Positions 24,906 to 37,935 of a DNA stretch of 64,000 bases are shown in pieces. Below the pieces are notes generated by a model. That model did not search any database and was not told the DNA's origin. It saw nothing but the letters and a program-made list of their open reading frames with translations. The position numbers were made by a program, and so were the translations under genes. This stretch comes from Vicugna vicugna (Eukaryota): NCBI GenBank assembly GCA_013265495.1, contig MU057728.1:97767-161766 (forward strand), given 5' to 3'. The number at the start of each line of letters is the position of its first letter. Within the stretch, counting starts at the first letter, position 1.

Positions 24906-26839
24906 AGCACCCTACCCCTGGGGCGGGCTTGTCTCCACTAGTAAGAGTTGGTGAGTATTTCAGGTGTCCCGGGCCAGGCCTAGAGCTCTCCCTGAGTCTG
25001 ATTCCAGAAGGCGGTGGGTGTTGTAGGATGCCCGGGCCAGGGGCCGCATCCCTCTGGTTGGCTCACAGAGGCCCCACTGAAGTCCCACCAGTCCAGTCGT
25101 GGAGAACAGTGAGCAGCAGGCAGGCTCCACGCCCCTCCCAGTCCAGCCTCCCCCACGCCCCACAGTGAGGCCAGCGGTGCCCCGAAGCCGCAGGGCCTCT
25201 TGGTCTGCAGGCTTCCCGGTGTGTTTTTTCCCAGCGAGTGACTTTAAATCGTCTTTAAAATGATTGCTCAACTTGGAAACCCCTGCCGGCGGGTGTCTGG
25301 GGTGGTTTGGATCCTGCTCAGCATTTCATTCCTTTCCCCAAATTGCTCATTATTTCATTTGCATAAATGTTAGTGGTGAGATGCTGCCCCAGGCCTAGGA
25401 AACTCAAATAGACCTCGTAACGGGGCAGCAGAGACAGCGAGGGGCAGGGCCTCAGTCTGGCCCAGGCGCGTGTCTGCGATTTTCTCGGCCCCATCCTCGG
25501 CACCAGCTCCCGCAAGAGCAGCCGAGGAAGGAGGCTCAGCGCCGGACTCCCGCCCCCAGCCTGGGCCTGACCTGGCTCGTCCCCCTCTCTCTGCACGTGG
25601 TCACCCAAGGCCCTGCGCGGACAGGAGACAAAGGCCAGAGGGACCCTTGCTCCCACCTGGGCTCTGGCATCCCCTCCCCGTCAGTCAATCCATCCACACG
25701 GACTCATTGAGAGCCGTCGTCCTGACAGCCGGGCGCTGGGTACCGCCACGGGGAGACGGCGGAGGAAAAGACACAAGGAGATAAAACCCTGTGTGGGGGG
25801 CAGTGTGGACCAGACAAGGCAGCTGTGTTAGGTACTCAGCCAGGGGGCCAGGCAGTCGGAGCTTTGGGAGGGATGGGGAGTCGGGGGAAGAGAACTTGGG
25901 ACCTGAGGGCTGAAGATGGGAACCTGAAGACGGTCTTGAAGGTCGAAGAGCCGGGAACCCTCTAGGGCTGAGCGTCCTACCAGGTGTGCTGCAGATGGCA
26001 GGTGGCTGGGAGCCTTCCGCAGTGGTCAGATGCGTCTGGGGCTCCAGTCCCCTCTGGCATACCTGACTGTCCTGTTTCTCCACGTGGTGTGAGGTGGAGG
26101 AGGTTGGGCAGCTGGGGGGCTCAAGTCTGTGGACATCACGGAGGAGGGGGCTTAGTGGGCGGGGCTGGAGCACAGCTTGCAGGGGAAGGGAGTCGTGGGG
26201 GTGACACTGGCACAGGGATCAGGGAGGTTTCGAGGAGCCTTGAATGCCGAGCTCAGGAATCTAGACGCATCCTTTAGGCTCTGTGGAGCCTGATCAGGTT
26301 CCTGATCAAACAAGGGGCCTCGTAAGAGAGCCACTTTAGACCCATCGATAGGGCAGTGGCGTGGAGGCAGGAGGAAGGAGTGGGGGACAGGAGCCCAGGC
26401 CTGACGCCACGTGGGTAGGATGTGTCCCCCATGGGCAGCCGCGATCTCTCAGACCTGCCCTTCGCCGCCCACATTTATCAGGCTCCCCTGATGTAGTGCA
26501 CTGAGGAAAACCAATTTTCACTGAATTTTCGGGGTCAATGGTGAGGCTGTTGCAAGGACAGGCCCGACTTACCCTGATGCAGTGCAAGTGGAGGGCTTGC
26601 TGGGACCTAAGAGATTCCAGCTCCAAGAGAAAGAGCCCCTGTCACACCTCAGAACATCAGTTTCTCAATGATTTCCTCACTTTCTCCAGAAACTCACTCA
26701 ATTCCATGTCTCTCTGTGTTTGCCAAGAACCTCCAATGAGCCCAGCATGCTTCCATGTCCAGAGAGAGAATAGGAAAGAAGGAAAACATGGCCCTCGTCC
26801 TCAAGGACTAAGCATAACCACATTCAGTGGAATTTAAAT

Positions 26840-27075
26840 GAAGCATTTTTGGACTGTGACACACAGTAAAAATACATTTACCATATGAATCACGACCTAG
26901 CGCATCTGTCCATCCATCCACCCATCCATCCAAAATAAAACTTTAATAAACCCTTGCTATGAGTGATCCACCCTGAGATTTTCTATTTGCTTCTCTTTTT
27001 TTTTTAACCCTGTCCCACAACCCACTAAGCCCATCTCGTGACCCGAAAATGGGTTGTTACCTCAGTTCGTTAAGT
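26840..27075. mobile_element. hAT-Charlie-type fragment (MER119-like)
   Basis: aacccactaagcccatctcgtgacccgaaaatgggttgttacctcagtt resembles a Charlie/MER119 terminus. Confidence 0.4.
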
Positions 27076-28679
27076 GCTGGCTTCGCTGGAGAGTGGAGGC
27101 CAACACACTTACACGAGTCAGCGGGCGTCTAGGAGAGCTGAGTGCCTCTTAAACGATCCGTCTGGCGGTGTGGGCTGTGTCTGCTCTGGGTCACTGGGAA
27201 AGGGGAGGTCCTCGCCATGGACAGGAATGAGGAGCAGGCTCTCTGGAGGACGGGGGCATCCTGGCCAGCGGCGCATCCACCCTGCATATGGAGGAACGGC
27301 TACCTTGCCTCTGAAGGCAACGGAAGCAAGTACAGGATGGAATTTTGTTTGAAGGAACAAACAAAAACATAAACTTAAAAAAAAAATGCAACACTGAGCT
27401 GTCAAGGGAATGAAGGCATCTGTTGAGGCCCCTGGCGTAAAAGTGGGTCACAGAGGTGAGTCAGTCCAGGGCAGGCTCCGGGTGGGAGGGTGTGTGCCAG
27501 ACCCTTCCCACCCACAGCTTCAGCTCTGTGGGACTCAGACCCAGGGATACAGGCAGGATGGATAACAGGAGGTGGCCACAGAAAGCTCAGGCCTGGAGGG
27601 CGACACTCCACGGGACACAGGCCTGCAGCGCAGAGGGGAGACCCGGAGATCAGCCCATTTTGACCTGTTCACTGAATGGAGGGGAAAGATGGTCTCCCTG
27701 GAGGATTCAGAACTACACGCCAGCCCTCCCACGGATTTAAAGCCCAAATTCATGACCCTGGGCACGTCAGGGAGGATGGGGACTCGGACTGAGAAATGGA
27801 GCAGAGGGATTTGGGGGAGATTTGGGAATTCAGAGGTAAATAGGGCTTGGCGATGGGTCAGACAAGAGGTGAAGGAAGCCGGAGGTGGCAAAGGTGACGC
27901 CTGTGAGTCCCGCTTGCCCTTGTGGGTGGATGAAAGCACCGTGTCCTGGAAGACAGCTGGATCTGGGAGGGATTATGATGACGCTGAGCTTGGACCATTA
28001 AGTTTGAAGTGCCTTTGAATGCCTTTGAACATGGAAGGAAGAGAGGGTTGTGGGAGAGGTGTGGCAGCGCTGTGAAAACTGACGAGAGGGATAGGACAGA
28101 TGGCAGCCTGGACTGGACGTGCAGTAAGTATCATGGTTGTGGGTGGCCTTAGTGTAGGTTTCCCATGGACTAGGGGACAGTGTGGAGAGTGAGTGGGAGG
28201 TGAGGGCTGGTGAGCTGAGCTGGGAAGGCCGGGGGGGGCCGGCTGCCGGGAGATGTGGGCTGGAGGGAGGGCTTTCGAGAGGGGAGCGATTTTTGCGTAA
28301 CTGCCAGTAGGATGAGAAGATGAAGGCAGACAAAGGGAGAGCCAGAGCATCTGAGCAAGAAGGGATGGGAGATGGGTTTTGTTTCCTGCAGAGGCATGAT
28401 GGGTTAGGGTCCAAAATGCAGTGGCTGGCTGGACACAGTGGGAGGAAGGAGGATGCTGGCCCTGATGGAGGGGCTTCCCGGCTGAGGGCAGTGGGTGGTC
28501 AGAGGCCTAGCCTAACAGCTTCCACCTCCTCTGAGAAGTGGGAGGTGAAGCCACAAAGTGCATGTGTGGAGATGAGGAGGGAGGTGGGGGCTGGAGGTTT
28601 AAAATAGGCTGGAGAGTGTTTGGAAAAGAGAGTCCTTCCAGGGAGTGGGAGAGAGAGTTGGCAAATCTTAAGGGCCCAC

Positions 28680-29300
28680 TCGTTCATTCATTCACTCATT
28701 CTTGACTTGAGAGATATGACTGTGTACCTACTATGTAGCAGCCACTGTGTTCTAGGCCCTGGGGATGTGTCAGTGAACAAAAGGAGAAGAAAAGTTCCAG
28801 TCCTCATGGAGCCTATTACCTTCTAGGTGGGAGAAGCACAGTAAACGGATGGCTGCGTACGCTGTGTGCTATGTAATGTTACAAGGTGATGTAATAAGCA
28901 GGGTCAGCGTGCGAAGTATGTGGATGTTATAACATGAAACGCCACGGAGGAAACGAGCAGGGGGAGGGCAGGGCTGGTGGTCAGGCCGGGCCTCGCAGGG
29001 AAGGACCAGCTGAGCCAGGACTGGAAGGCCTGGAGTGGGTGATGTGTGGCTGTCTGGGGAGACTGGTGGCCCTGGATTTATGGAATGTCCACCTTCCCTG
29101 TGGGGTGACTTTCTTCAGCAGGGCAGGACTGGCAGCATGGACGGGAGTAGAGGGGAGAGGGGGAAGCTCGGACAATGAGGAGACCACAGACCGAGGACCC
29201 CAGGCCTTACCAGGTGGAGGCGGGGGTGACCCAAGAGGGGGGCAGGGTGAGGGGAGGAGAGAAGTCAGAGATGCGACCAGGTGACTGCGGGGTGAGGGGT
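28680..29300 (-). mobile_element. LINE-2, antisense
   Basis: cattcattcactca...gtacctactatgt...tgtgttctaggccctgggga...gtgaacaaaa...gtcctcatggagc. Confidence 0.75.
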
Positions 29301-32300
29301 GGCAGCGCCTGAGCCTCAGATGTACGAAGAGTTTCCTCCGGAAGCTCCGTCTCCTCCAGCCAGGACAGGAGGGGTGGCGGGCTCATCTCTGAGGGTGCCG
29401 CCAGCTCCACCTGCAGACACCAGTGACTCCTGCTTCCTGCCGCAGAGGCGTGGCGAGGGGGCCGGCAGCGGCCCTGCTCTGTGGCCCTCGCACTTCATGC
29501 TGCTCTTGGTTCTTACCTAGCCTGTCGTTGTGTCCCCTATTTCTTGACAAAGCGCAGCTTCCCCTCCTTCTCGCTGTGTTAGAATTCCATGTGAACGGAG
29601 AGCGTCAAGCATCGAGCATCTGGGGTTGGGACCTTTGGGGCTAAAGCGTACCCGTCTTAGTGGAGAAAAGTGATGAGCACCATTTTCCTGCTCAGAGATT
29701 TTTTTTCCTTTTGTATCATTCTTTACTCTGTTCTAGATGGTTCAGGTTCTGGAAAGAAAAGACTATCACAGTGAGACTCCCTTAAAACTCAGCACCAAGC
29801 AGGTCAGGCCGGCTAAGTCCCATCTCAGTCCGCAAGGGCCCTGGGGAGGGGCTGGCCTCGTGTCTCCAGGGACGGGCTCTGCCCTCAGGGGACCCCATGG
29901 GTGAGCGTGCTGCTGTCAGCTTCTCTTTCCGTCTCCCCTGGGGACTCCAGGCAGGGCCCCAGCCATCTCTTAGCCTTGTGTCCCTGCATCCACATCTTCC
30001 ACAGACGCCTGGACCTGTGTTGTCAGGATGATAATAATAATTCCAGTTACTGGTCCCCTGGGTTAGCTGCTGTTAACCAAGTGGGCACCATTGTTGTCCT
30101 CATCCAGTTCAGGAAACTGAGGCGCAGAGAGCTCCATGAACACACCCAAGGTCAAGTACACCGCACTGGTATGGGGCAGATGGGGTTTGACCTCAGGCGC
30201 CCAGTCTCCAGGCTCCCCCTCCCCCCAGTGCCTTATCTCATCTGATAAGGGGGTGCTCGTAATTACTCTTCATTACAGATGGCGGAGCTGGCCGGGAGGC
30301 GGGTGCCTGGCCCGGGCAGCCCAGGTGGGAGAGCTGGACAGGCCCCAGCACCACTCCTTAGCACCCCTAGCTCCTGCTCGAGTTCCTGATGAGATGAACG
30401 GGTGCAGCCCAGTCTCGACTCCGGCCTAATGAGTCCCGTCGTGTTTGCATTTGTTCAGTTAATTCGTTTTCCAGACAGAACCACAGACCAGGGTTCCCGC
30501 CTCCTTGCCAGTGTGCCCATCCCGGGCCTGATGGCCGCCCCAGGCTGCTTCGAGCCCCTGCTCGGCTGAGGCAGGAGAAGGGCCGGCGGCCAGGACGAGA
30601 GGCCTGCGTGGGGACAGGGGCCTCCGCCCACCCTGACCCCGGCCGGCTGGGCGCCCGGCTCCCGGACTGGGGCAGGCGCGTGAAATCCAAACTCTGGAGG
30701 GAAATTTACTGCACGATAAAGGAAGAATGGGCTGCTTTGGGGACAATTAAAGCCACATTACTGTGGAATTACAGAGGACGCCGGGGGAATTAGCCAAATC
30801 CAAAGCAGCTAGAAGCACCAGGGGCCAAGAAATGTGGGGCCTTCCCAGGCAGGGCCCACCCCCCAACTTGTCCAAGGAACCTGCCTGGTTCCCAAACCCC
30901 CTAATTTTAAGGTAAGGAAAAACATCCAAAGATTTCACCTGAGGGGAACCATTGTCATTAAACAACCCCTGCCCAGCCCAGCCCAGCTTGTGCCTTAAAT
31001 GGTTCTGTTCTGGTTACAGAGCCGACCAAGTCATAGGTGGAGGTCCTGGGGGGCAGGGCTCCACCCCACCACGGGCAGCTGGGGGAACTGGACCCTGCTG
31101 GGATTGGGAGCTGGAGCCGGGCCGGGTTACAGTTCCCGGCAGCCTCTGTGAGCCGTGTGGGCTTAGCCTGGGGCCTTGACATCCTCACCTGTAAAATGGG
31201 CAGGACAGTGCCTCCCTCCCTGCTCTTTGTGAGAAGTCGGCAGAGAAGGTATATCAGATTAGGGCTCTGGTCCTCCATCTTTTTTATTTGATGGCTTCCT
31301 TTGGTGAGATGAGGATAAAGTTATGCATCGCGGGGCATTTTGAAGAGCAAGGGTGTTTGTGTTAGTTTCCCGTGGTTTCTCAAGTCCAGGGCTGTCCAGG
31401 GTTGGGAGACCCTTCTGGAGACCTCTGCACCCTTGCCCGTGTGGTCCTCCATTCCCTCCGTGGCATGCCTTGCGGGCGGTGGTCCTGCTTCACGGATGAG
31501 TAAGTGAGGGGGCATCAGTTTAAGGTGCTGGGACAGACTTAGTGATCCCTGCCTCGGGGGGGATTCTGGGAGTCAAGACACCGTGGGTGTCTGGTCCTAC
31601 CTTAGTGCACAGGCACCAGGCAGCTCCCCTGTCATGGTCGTAGTGGCTGAAGTGAGTCTCGATGGCCGGGTGTCAGCTGTTTCATCTTTGAGCACTGCCC
31701 TCCATCCCACCTCCTGCTCTCTGCTCCCCTCTGCCTGCCCGTCTTGTCCTTCAGGCTGTGGCCTGGCCTGTGTCCCCTGTCATCCCTTTCTCAGAGCTCC
31801 CAAGGTCCTCACCCCTCCTGGACACATCAGTGCTCTAGCACCCATGGTCCTGCCTGCTTGGGGGTGAGGCCTTGAGGAGGAGACAACCTTTCATGTTAAC
31901 CCCAGAAGATCCGGTCCCAAAGCCAGCAGCAGGAGAGAGTTCAGCCAGGATCCTGCCGGTTAGCGGGGCTGGACATCCCACGGGGTTTTTGATATGCCCA
32001 GGGGACCCTCAGCAGCTTCATGCCTTCTGGTGCTGAGACCGGGCAGTACAGCCAGATCCTCTGCCTGTTAGTGAGCCAGGCATTCGGCCCTGGGGGAGGA
32101 GAGTGGAGGGCCCCAGTCATCCCGGGACCCTCTCCCCTCCTGTAAGGGCCAGTCTCTTGCATGATTCTTGCCTGGGAGCTTCAGCATGAAAGAGTCAGCA
32201 AGCCACCGGGATGGCTTATTCCTAAATCTAGGGGAGATGTTTAAAATACTCAATAACCAGTGCTTCCTGGCACCAACTGTCACAGAGATGCCAGCTGCAT

Positions 32301-33563
32301 ACAGCTGTATTGGTGCATTTCTGCAGAAGATCGGTCTGCCCTGAAGCTTTTAAAACCCCGAAAGAGTGGCTGGGTGTTTGTTTGTTTTAGCTAAGCCATC
32401 ACTGTTCTGATGTCACGGCTCTGAGATCAGAGCTCTTTCAGAAGATCCCCAGCTACAGAGCCATCATCTTTCCACAGTGAAGAGGTGGCCTTGGTCCCCA
32501 TGCCGTTCTCCAGAGCTGTAGCTGATAACATGAGGCGTCATTCCAGGAAGGACCATTTGGATTAGTTTTCTGCAAATAAATTCCCCACGTTTGCCCACAG
32601 GGAAGTTCTCTGGCTGCCTCATTCTGATTTAGGTTCGTTTACAGACTGGAGGATTTGTGAGGGTACCTCTTCCGCTAACTCATGATCAGAATGTTAACGA
32701 GGCTAGTTGCAGCCTCAAACCTGGAAGGCTTTCCCAGCCCAGACGTGGAATAGTGTCTCCTCTTAGGCTTGCTGAGTTGGAAGGGACTTTGTCTGGTTCT
32801 CTCTTGTCCTCAGAGCTGGAATCTCCTGTACTGGATCCTTCTACTTGAATGCCTCCAGAAATGGCAAGATCACTCTCTCCTGGGGTGGCCCATCCTAGGT
32901 CAGCTGGAACCTGCTGTTCCCTGTCACTCCCTCTGTCTGATGATAGGCCACCTACATCCTTCAGTGATGTGGTATGTAGTTAAAGTCTGTAAATGGGATC
33001 TCATCAACACTTGACTGATATGTAAGTAAGTTATGAATAAGTTATACCTACCAGTTTGATTAAAATAACTGGATTTGGAATAGGGGTTCACAGGTTCACA
33101 GTGTAATCAGTTCCACCATAACGCATGTCTTGATAAAAATGGCCTTTTTTTGGGTAAAGAGTTCGGGCCATGCTGATCGTAACAGCCTTCCTCCTCCTGT
33201 TTTGCCCTGGACGGGGCTGAGATTCCATGTGAGATCTTTGCAGGTGAAATTGGGACATGCTGGGGGGTACTGGGCTCCTGGAGAGCCTGATGGGGACAGA
33301 GTGGTGGCCTGTCTGCTCAGCATCGATGGTGGGGTCCCCCAAGAACACTTTTGGGGTCATCAGACAGGCAGAGTCTTTCCTTTTTTTACATCACCACGTA
33401 GTCTCGGACAGGAGATTTCTGTTCTCAATGAGCCGATGGAGAAACAGAAGTGATTGGGGGAGGCACTGACCACACAGCAACTGAAGAATCAGACAACCCT
33501 TGGAGTTCAGCATTTTTGACTCGAAAGGACTTGTTAAACTTCCAATTAAACTAGGCATCCCAT

Positions 33564-33696
33564 TTTTTTTAAATTGAAGTATAGTTGGTTTACAATGTTA
33601 AATTTCTGGTGTATAGCATAGTGATTCTGTTATATATATATTCCTTTTCATATTCTTTTTCATTATAGGTACTGACTATAGTTCCCTGTGTTTATA
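33564..33696 (-). mobile_element. Short lineage-specific L1 3' fragment with 9-bp TSD
   Basis: ttttaaattgaagtatagttggtttacaatg...atagttccctgtg flanked by gcatcccat at 33555-33563 and 33697-33705. Confidence 0.85.
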
Positions 33697-36614
33697 GCAT
33701 CCCATATTTTTATTTGCTAAATCTGGTAACCCTAGTCGGAGAAGGAATCAGGAAAATGAGAAAGCACGTCAGCGTTGACCTAGAGGGGTCCACAGGGACC
33801 CCAGCTTCAGTCTGTCCCCATCCACACACGTGAACCTCCATCTCTTGGGCTGATGTGGCCCTGAGTGCGGCGTCACATCCCAGTAGCAGGGTAGATTGCA
33901 TCCTAAGCTTGTCTCTGGAGCTGGCAGCCCAAGTCAAAGTTAACTGAAGAGTGGAATTAAATAACTGGCCCAGCAGAGAAGTACACGGTGGCCGTGGCCC
34001 AGTGGGGAAGGGAGTGGGAATGGTGTCCCGGGATTTGCGTGTTTCCTTGCCTGGTGTCAGGGGACCAGAATCGGCTGCAAGTCATTAAACCTCCTCGCTG
34101 CCAGCCTCTTCCACTGCCGCTGGAGCCTGCAGCTTGGCATGTGCCAGACTCGGTGATGGGACCCATTACAGATGGGAAACGACTCCAGGGAGCAGGGGCC
34201 AGACTTGGCCGGCACGGCTGGCAGATCAGCCCTCGTATGTCTGTTTAATAAAGCACAGGGAGTGTGTGCACCACCTCTGGGGAACGCGGGCTGGACGGCG
34301 GCCCCCACACTCTAGACGGGCATCTGGGCAGGTGGGGAGGCCGCGAGGAAAGAGGATCTCGTGGCAAGCAGAGCTGCAGGGGGAGTTCTGCCCACATGGC
34401 CTCTTCTCCTTTGAAAAGTCTTGGCCTTCAGGAATGGATTCCAGCAACCACGGGGTTTATCGCACTTCTTTCTGCCCAGGGCCATGCCACCTCGCCGCGT
34501 TGGAGGTCTGGAAAGACCTCCCTAACGAGTTCCAGGTCCTTGGCAAGGTCTCCCTGACTCTTTTTTCTCATTTCTTTTGTGACAAGAGGATAAACTAGGA
34601 AAACTTGGAAGCCCCCCTCCTTCCCTGCACCAGCCCCAAGATCCTGTTTTGGCCTTCAGAGGACGACACCCCCTTTTCCTGCTCGGCTGATGGGTCTTGG
34701 ACATGCCCGGGGGTGGGGTGGGAGTGTTCGTGTAGGGTCCTGTTATAAGAAAGCAGCAAGACTCCTGGTCTCTGGACCTCTCTTTTGAAACTGGTACCCC
34801 GAGGGCAAGAGAGTTTGCATCTTGGAGTCAGTGGGCCGCTGCGGTGGAAGGTACCAGAACTGGGTAGTGGCAAGGGGAGAGGAGGGGCTGGAAGAGGGAT
34901 TTGGGGTGGGGGGTCGACTGGAGTTGGGAATGCCCCTCAGGCCGGCCGCCGTGGGCCTCGGCTGAAGTCCCTGAGGGAGGTTCCTGGGGCGGGGCCCTGG
35001 GAAGGGAGGATCTGAGGAATGGCCCTGCAGACAAAGAATTGAGGACGGCTCCTCCCGGCTCACCAAAGCCTCCTCGGCATTTCCTCCACCGGGAGGGGGA
35101 TGTTTGTGCGGCAGGAGCCCTGAGTTATTCCTCGGCAGCAAAGGGCCTGGGAGACGTTAGGAGGGATCGGTTCAAAGCCTTAGGGGGAGGTGGCTCAGCA
35201 GCCAAACAAGGGCAGGGGAAAGAAAAAGCTACGATGTTTACAGAGGAAAAAAAGTCAGTGGAAAAAATGACGGTGAGGTCAAGCCTATTCGGGGGATGGC
35301 CGGGCGCAGGCCCCTGGGGAGGGGACCGGTTGCCCGCACAGATCGCACAGATCTCTGGGGAGAAAGCCACCAGGCCACGACGCACCCTGCGACCCTGCCT
35401 CCTGTGGTGGCCCCAGCCCAACCCAGGAAATGCTCCCTCCGGGCCTTCGTCATCAGCCTGTGTGCGGGACCGTGTTAATCCATCGCCTCCCTGCCCAGCC
35501 GGAGTTTACTTCTCTGCTCACAGACCTCAGATTTATCCCCCGCTCTCGCCCCCGTCCCTGCTCCAGAAGCCCAGGAGGATCTGGCTGGGTGGGGACGGCG
35601 GCTCCCAGCCGCTCTTTTGTCTGATACCTTGACAAAGGGGCCCGGCCTTTCCCAAGCCCCACAGGTGTGAAGAGCTTGTTACCCTGGTGTTTGTTCAGCC
35701 CTATTAGTGGCCTGAAGGACTGTTGACAGAGGGCCCCTTTGTGTGCGCACTCTCTAAAGCTCTCTAAGCCCTCAACAAACACAGGCCACTTCTCTCCTGG
35801 GACTTTATCAGAAACCGTCTGAAGCCCGCCTTGGCCGCTGGGAAGGCCAGCCTCCTGGACAGAGTTCGGGGACTGGGTTTTGAAAGCATTTCTCAGGGTT
35901 TTTTTTTTTTTTTCATTTTTCCTATCACCTTAATCTGTCTCTTGTCCGTTCTGTTTCTGATACCAGAGATCAAGCACAGGTCTGGGGCAGGGGGCAGAGA
36001 TTTTGTTTTCAAGTTTTAAAAAAAATGTGGCTTTGCAGGCCTTCTGTCTCCTGAGAGGAAGCACTGGCAGAGAGACCTGGAGAGAGGTCAGTGGGCTCCT
36101 CCCTGTGAGAACTTGGCTTTAGGAGGTTCTCAGGCCCAGCGGAGAAGTTCCTGTTGCTAACTGCCCTCCTGGAAATCCTTTCACCAGGGTCTCCCCATTG
36201 ACCCCCACCACCCACCCAACCCGTGTGCCCCAAAGTGGACTAACTTCTCCCTCAGAATAGTTTCCTCTGCCCAGTACCCTGGAGAGTAGTCCTTCTGGAT
36301 CAGGTGGTCACCAGTCCTGTCAGCTACTCCCCCTGCTGAGGCTGCTCCCCGGTTGTAGGCCCGCATCACTTCCACCTTGAGCTTGTGGAAGTCTGTAAGA
36401 TGGCCCCTCAGCGCCGTGGTACCATCATGCCCCATCTCTGATCTACCGACAGGCTGGGAGTGGTCTTACTGCTCTTCCTGCCACCCTGCTCCTTGCCCAA
36501 CTCAGTTCCACCCCTGTGGCTTGTTCACAGCTGGAGCACACCCCTCCTGAATTCCCGAAAGCTTCCCTGCCGACTGGAATCTGTCCCTTATCTCCAGAAG
36601 TTTGGTGTTGCACA

Positions 36615-36775
36615 GCCATAGACTTTTAGGGCTAGGAAAGAAGTCAGATCATCAGACCCAGTGTCCTCATTTTCCCAATGAAATCATGGAGGCTCAGAGA
36701 GGCCAAGTGGGCTTTCCAGGGGCGCACACCAGGACTAGCGCCTAAGTCCCAGGTTTCCCAGATCAGGTCCAGTTC
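36615..36775 (-). mobile_element. MIR SINE
   Basis: cctcattttcccaatg...ggaggctcagagaggccaagtgggctttcc. Confidence 0.6.
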
Positions 36776-36915
36776 TTTTGCCTTTCATCCTTGCAGCCTT
36801 GTGATATTGTATCAGCTGTGTGCTGTTTGAGTGAGCTTAATCATAACTATGCTCTCATGTGAGCCCCTAGAGCCTTGCCTTCAGATAACTTTTTTCTCCT
36901 CTGTGTGTTCTTGAC

Positions 36916-37107
36916 CAGCGGTCCTCACAGTGTGGTCCTGGGGTGGGCAGCATCCGTCAGCGTCACCTGGGAACTTGTTAGTAGTGCAGATTCTCCTGCG
37001 CCACCTACAGCCCGCTGAGTCAGAAGCCCCTGGGCATGGGGCTGGCTCAGCTGCCTTGTCTTGGCAGGCAGTCCCAGTAATTCTAGGCACCCACGTTTGA
37101 GAGCCAT
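36916..37107 (+). mobile_element. MER5A hAT-Charlie MITE
   Basis: cagcggtcctcacagtgtggtcc...cagcgtcacctgggaacttgttag...gtttgagagcca. Confidence 0.8.
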
Positions 37108-37814
37108 CCCATGTTGGGTTCTTGGGAGGGGATTAGTGGCTTCTTGAAGTGGCTTCTTGAATTGAAAGCCAGAACTCGAGAGAAGGAAGAGGCGGTCATA
37201 GTCTTGAAAGAGAGAAACGCAGCAGGATCAACCCTACGATAGCTGTGCTTCTCGACTCAGAGGCTGGCACGTCGAAGGGGCTCTGTTAATATCTGTTGAA
37301 TGAAGAAATGAACAAGCAATCATGCGGATGCATGCAGGGTTGTGGGTGTCATTGGTGGCCCCGTCTCATGTCTTGAGGGGCCACATCTTCCCTCACATGT
37401 TCTCTGGGAGTCCCCTGGAGTCCCGCAGAGCATCCTCATCTTACCCGGGCACTGTCTCGCCCAGCATGGACTGTTGACTTTTCTTCCAGACAAGCGAGTT
37501 GTCCAGTCCTCCTGGCCATTTCTAGGGTGCTTTCCAACAGTGTTTCAGTTTGAAATCAACCAAGACATGCCGAAAATGATTGCAAGCCCTCGAGCCTTGA
37601 CTGGAACCAAACGGCTCCTGTGAGATGCTTCTAGTCTCTTACCAGCTGTCCAGTCTCTTTGGCACACCCCGGCTGGTCACTGCTGCATTGTATTGGCCAG
37701 CTGATGTCTCCGGTGACAAGCTTTCAGCCTTGTGTTCAGGGGGGAGGGGTAGTCCTTGGAGTGAGGTGACAGTGACAGCAACATTAACCAGACTTTTTCA
37801 CGCTGGGTACCTCT

Positions 37815-37935
37815 GAAGACTCTGCGAGGGCAGGGACCCGCTCTGTCCTGCTCACTGTTCTATCCCAGCGCCTGGCCTTGTGCTTGGAACGTAGTAGGTG
37901 CTTAGTAAGTATCAGGTGAGTGAATAAATAAATTC
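37815..37935 (+). mobile_element. LINE-2 3' end
   Basis: gagggcagggacc...ctcactgttctatcccagcgcctgg...gtagtaggtgcttagtaagtat...gtgaataaataaa. Confidence 0.75.

Noticed and set aside
30260..34230. Recurrent CATTACAGATGG (near 30270 and 34163) as a homeobox/E-box composite motif
   Set aside because: Both copies are followed by sequence resembling the MIR core (ttacagatgaggaaactgagg...cttgccc), so shared MIR ancestry explains the recurrence.
34901..35632. 243-aa plus-strand ORF
   Set aside because: Non-ATG start, G/P/R-rich composition expected from GC-rich DNA, no splice or homology support.
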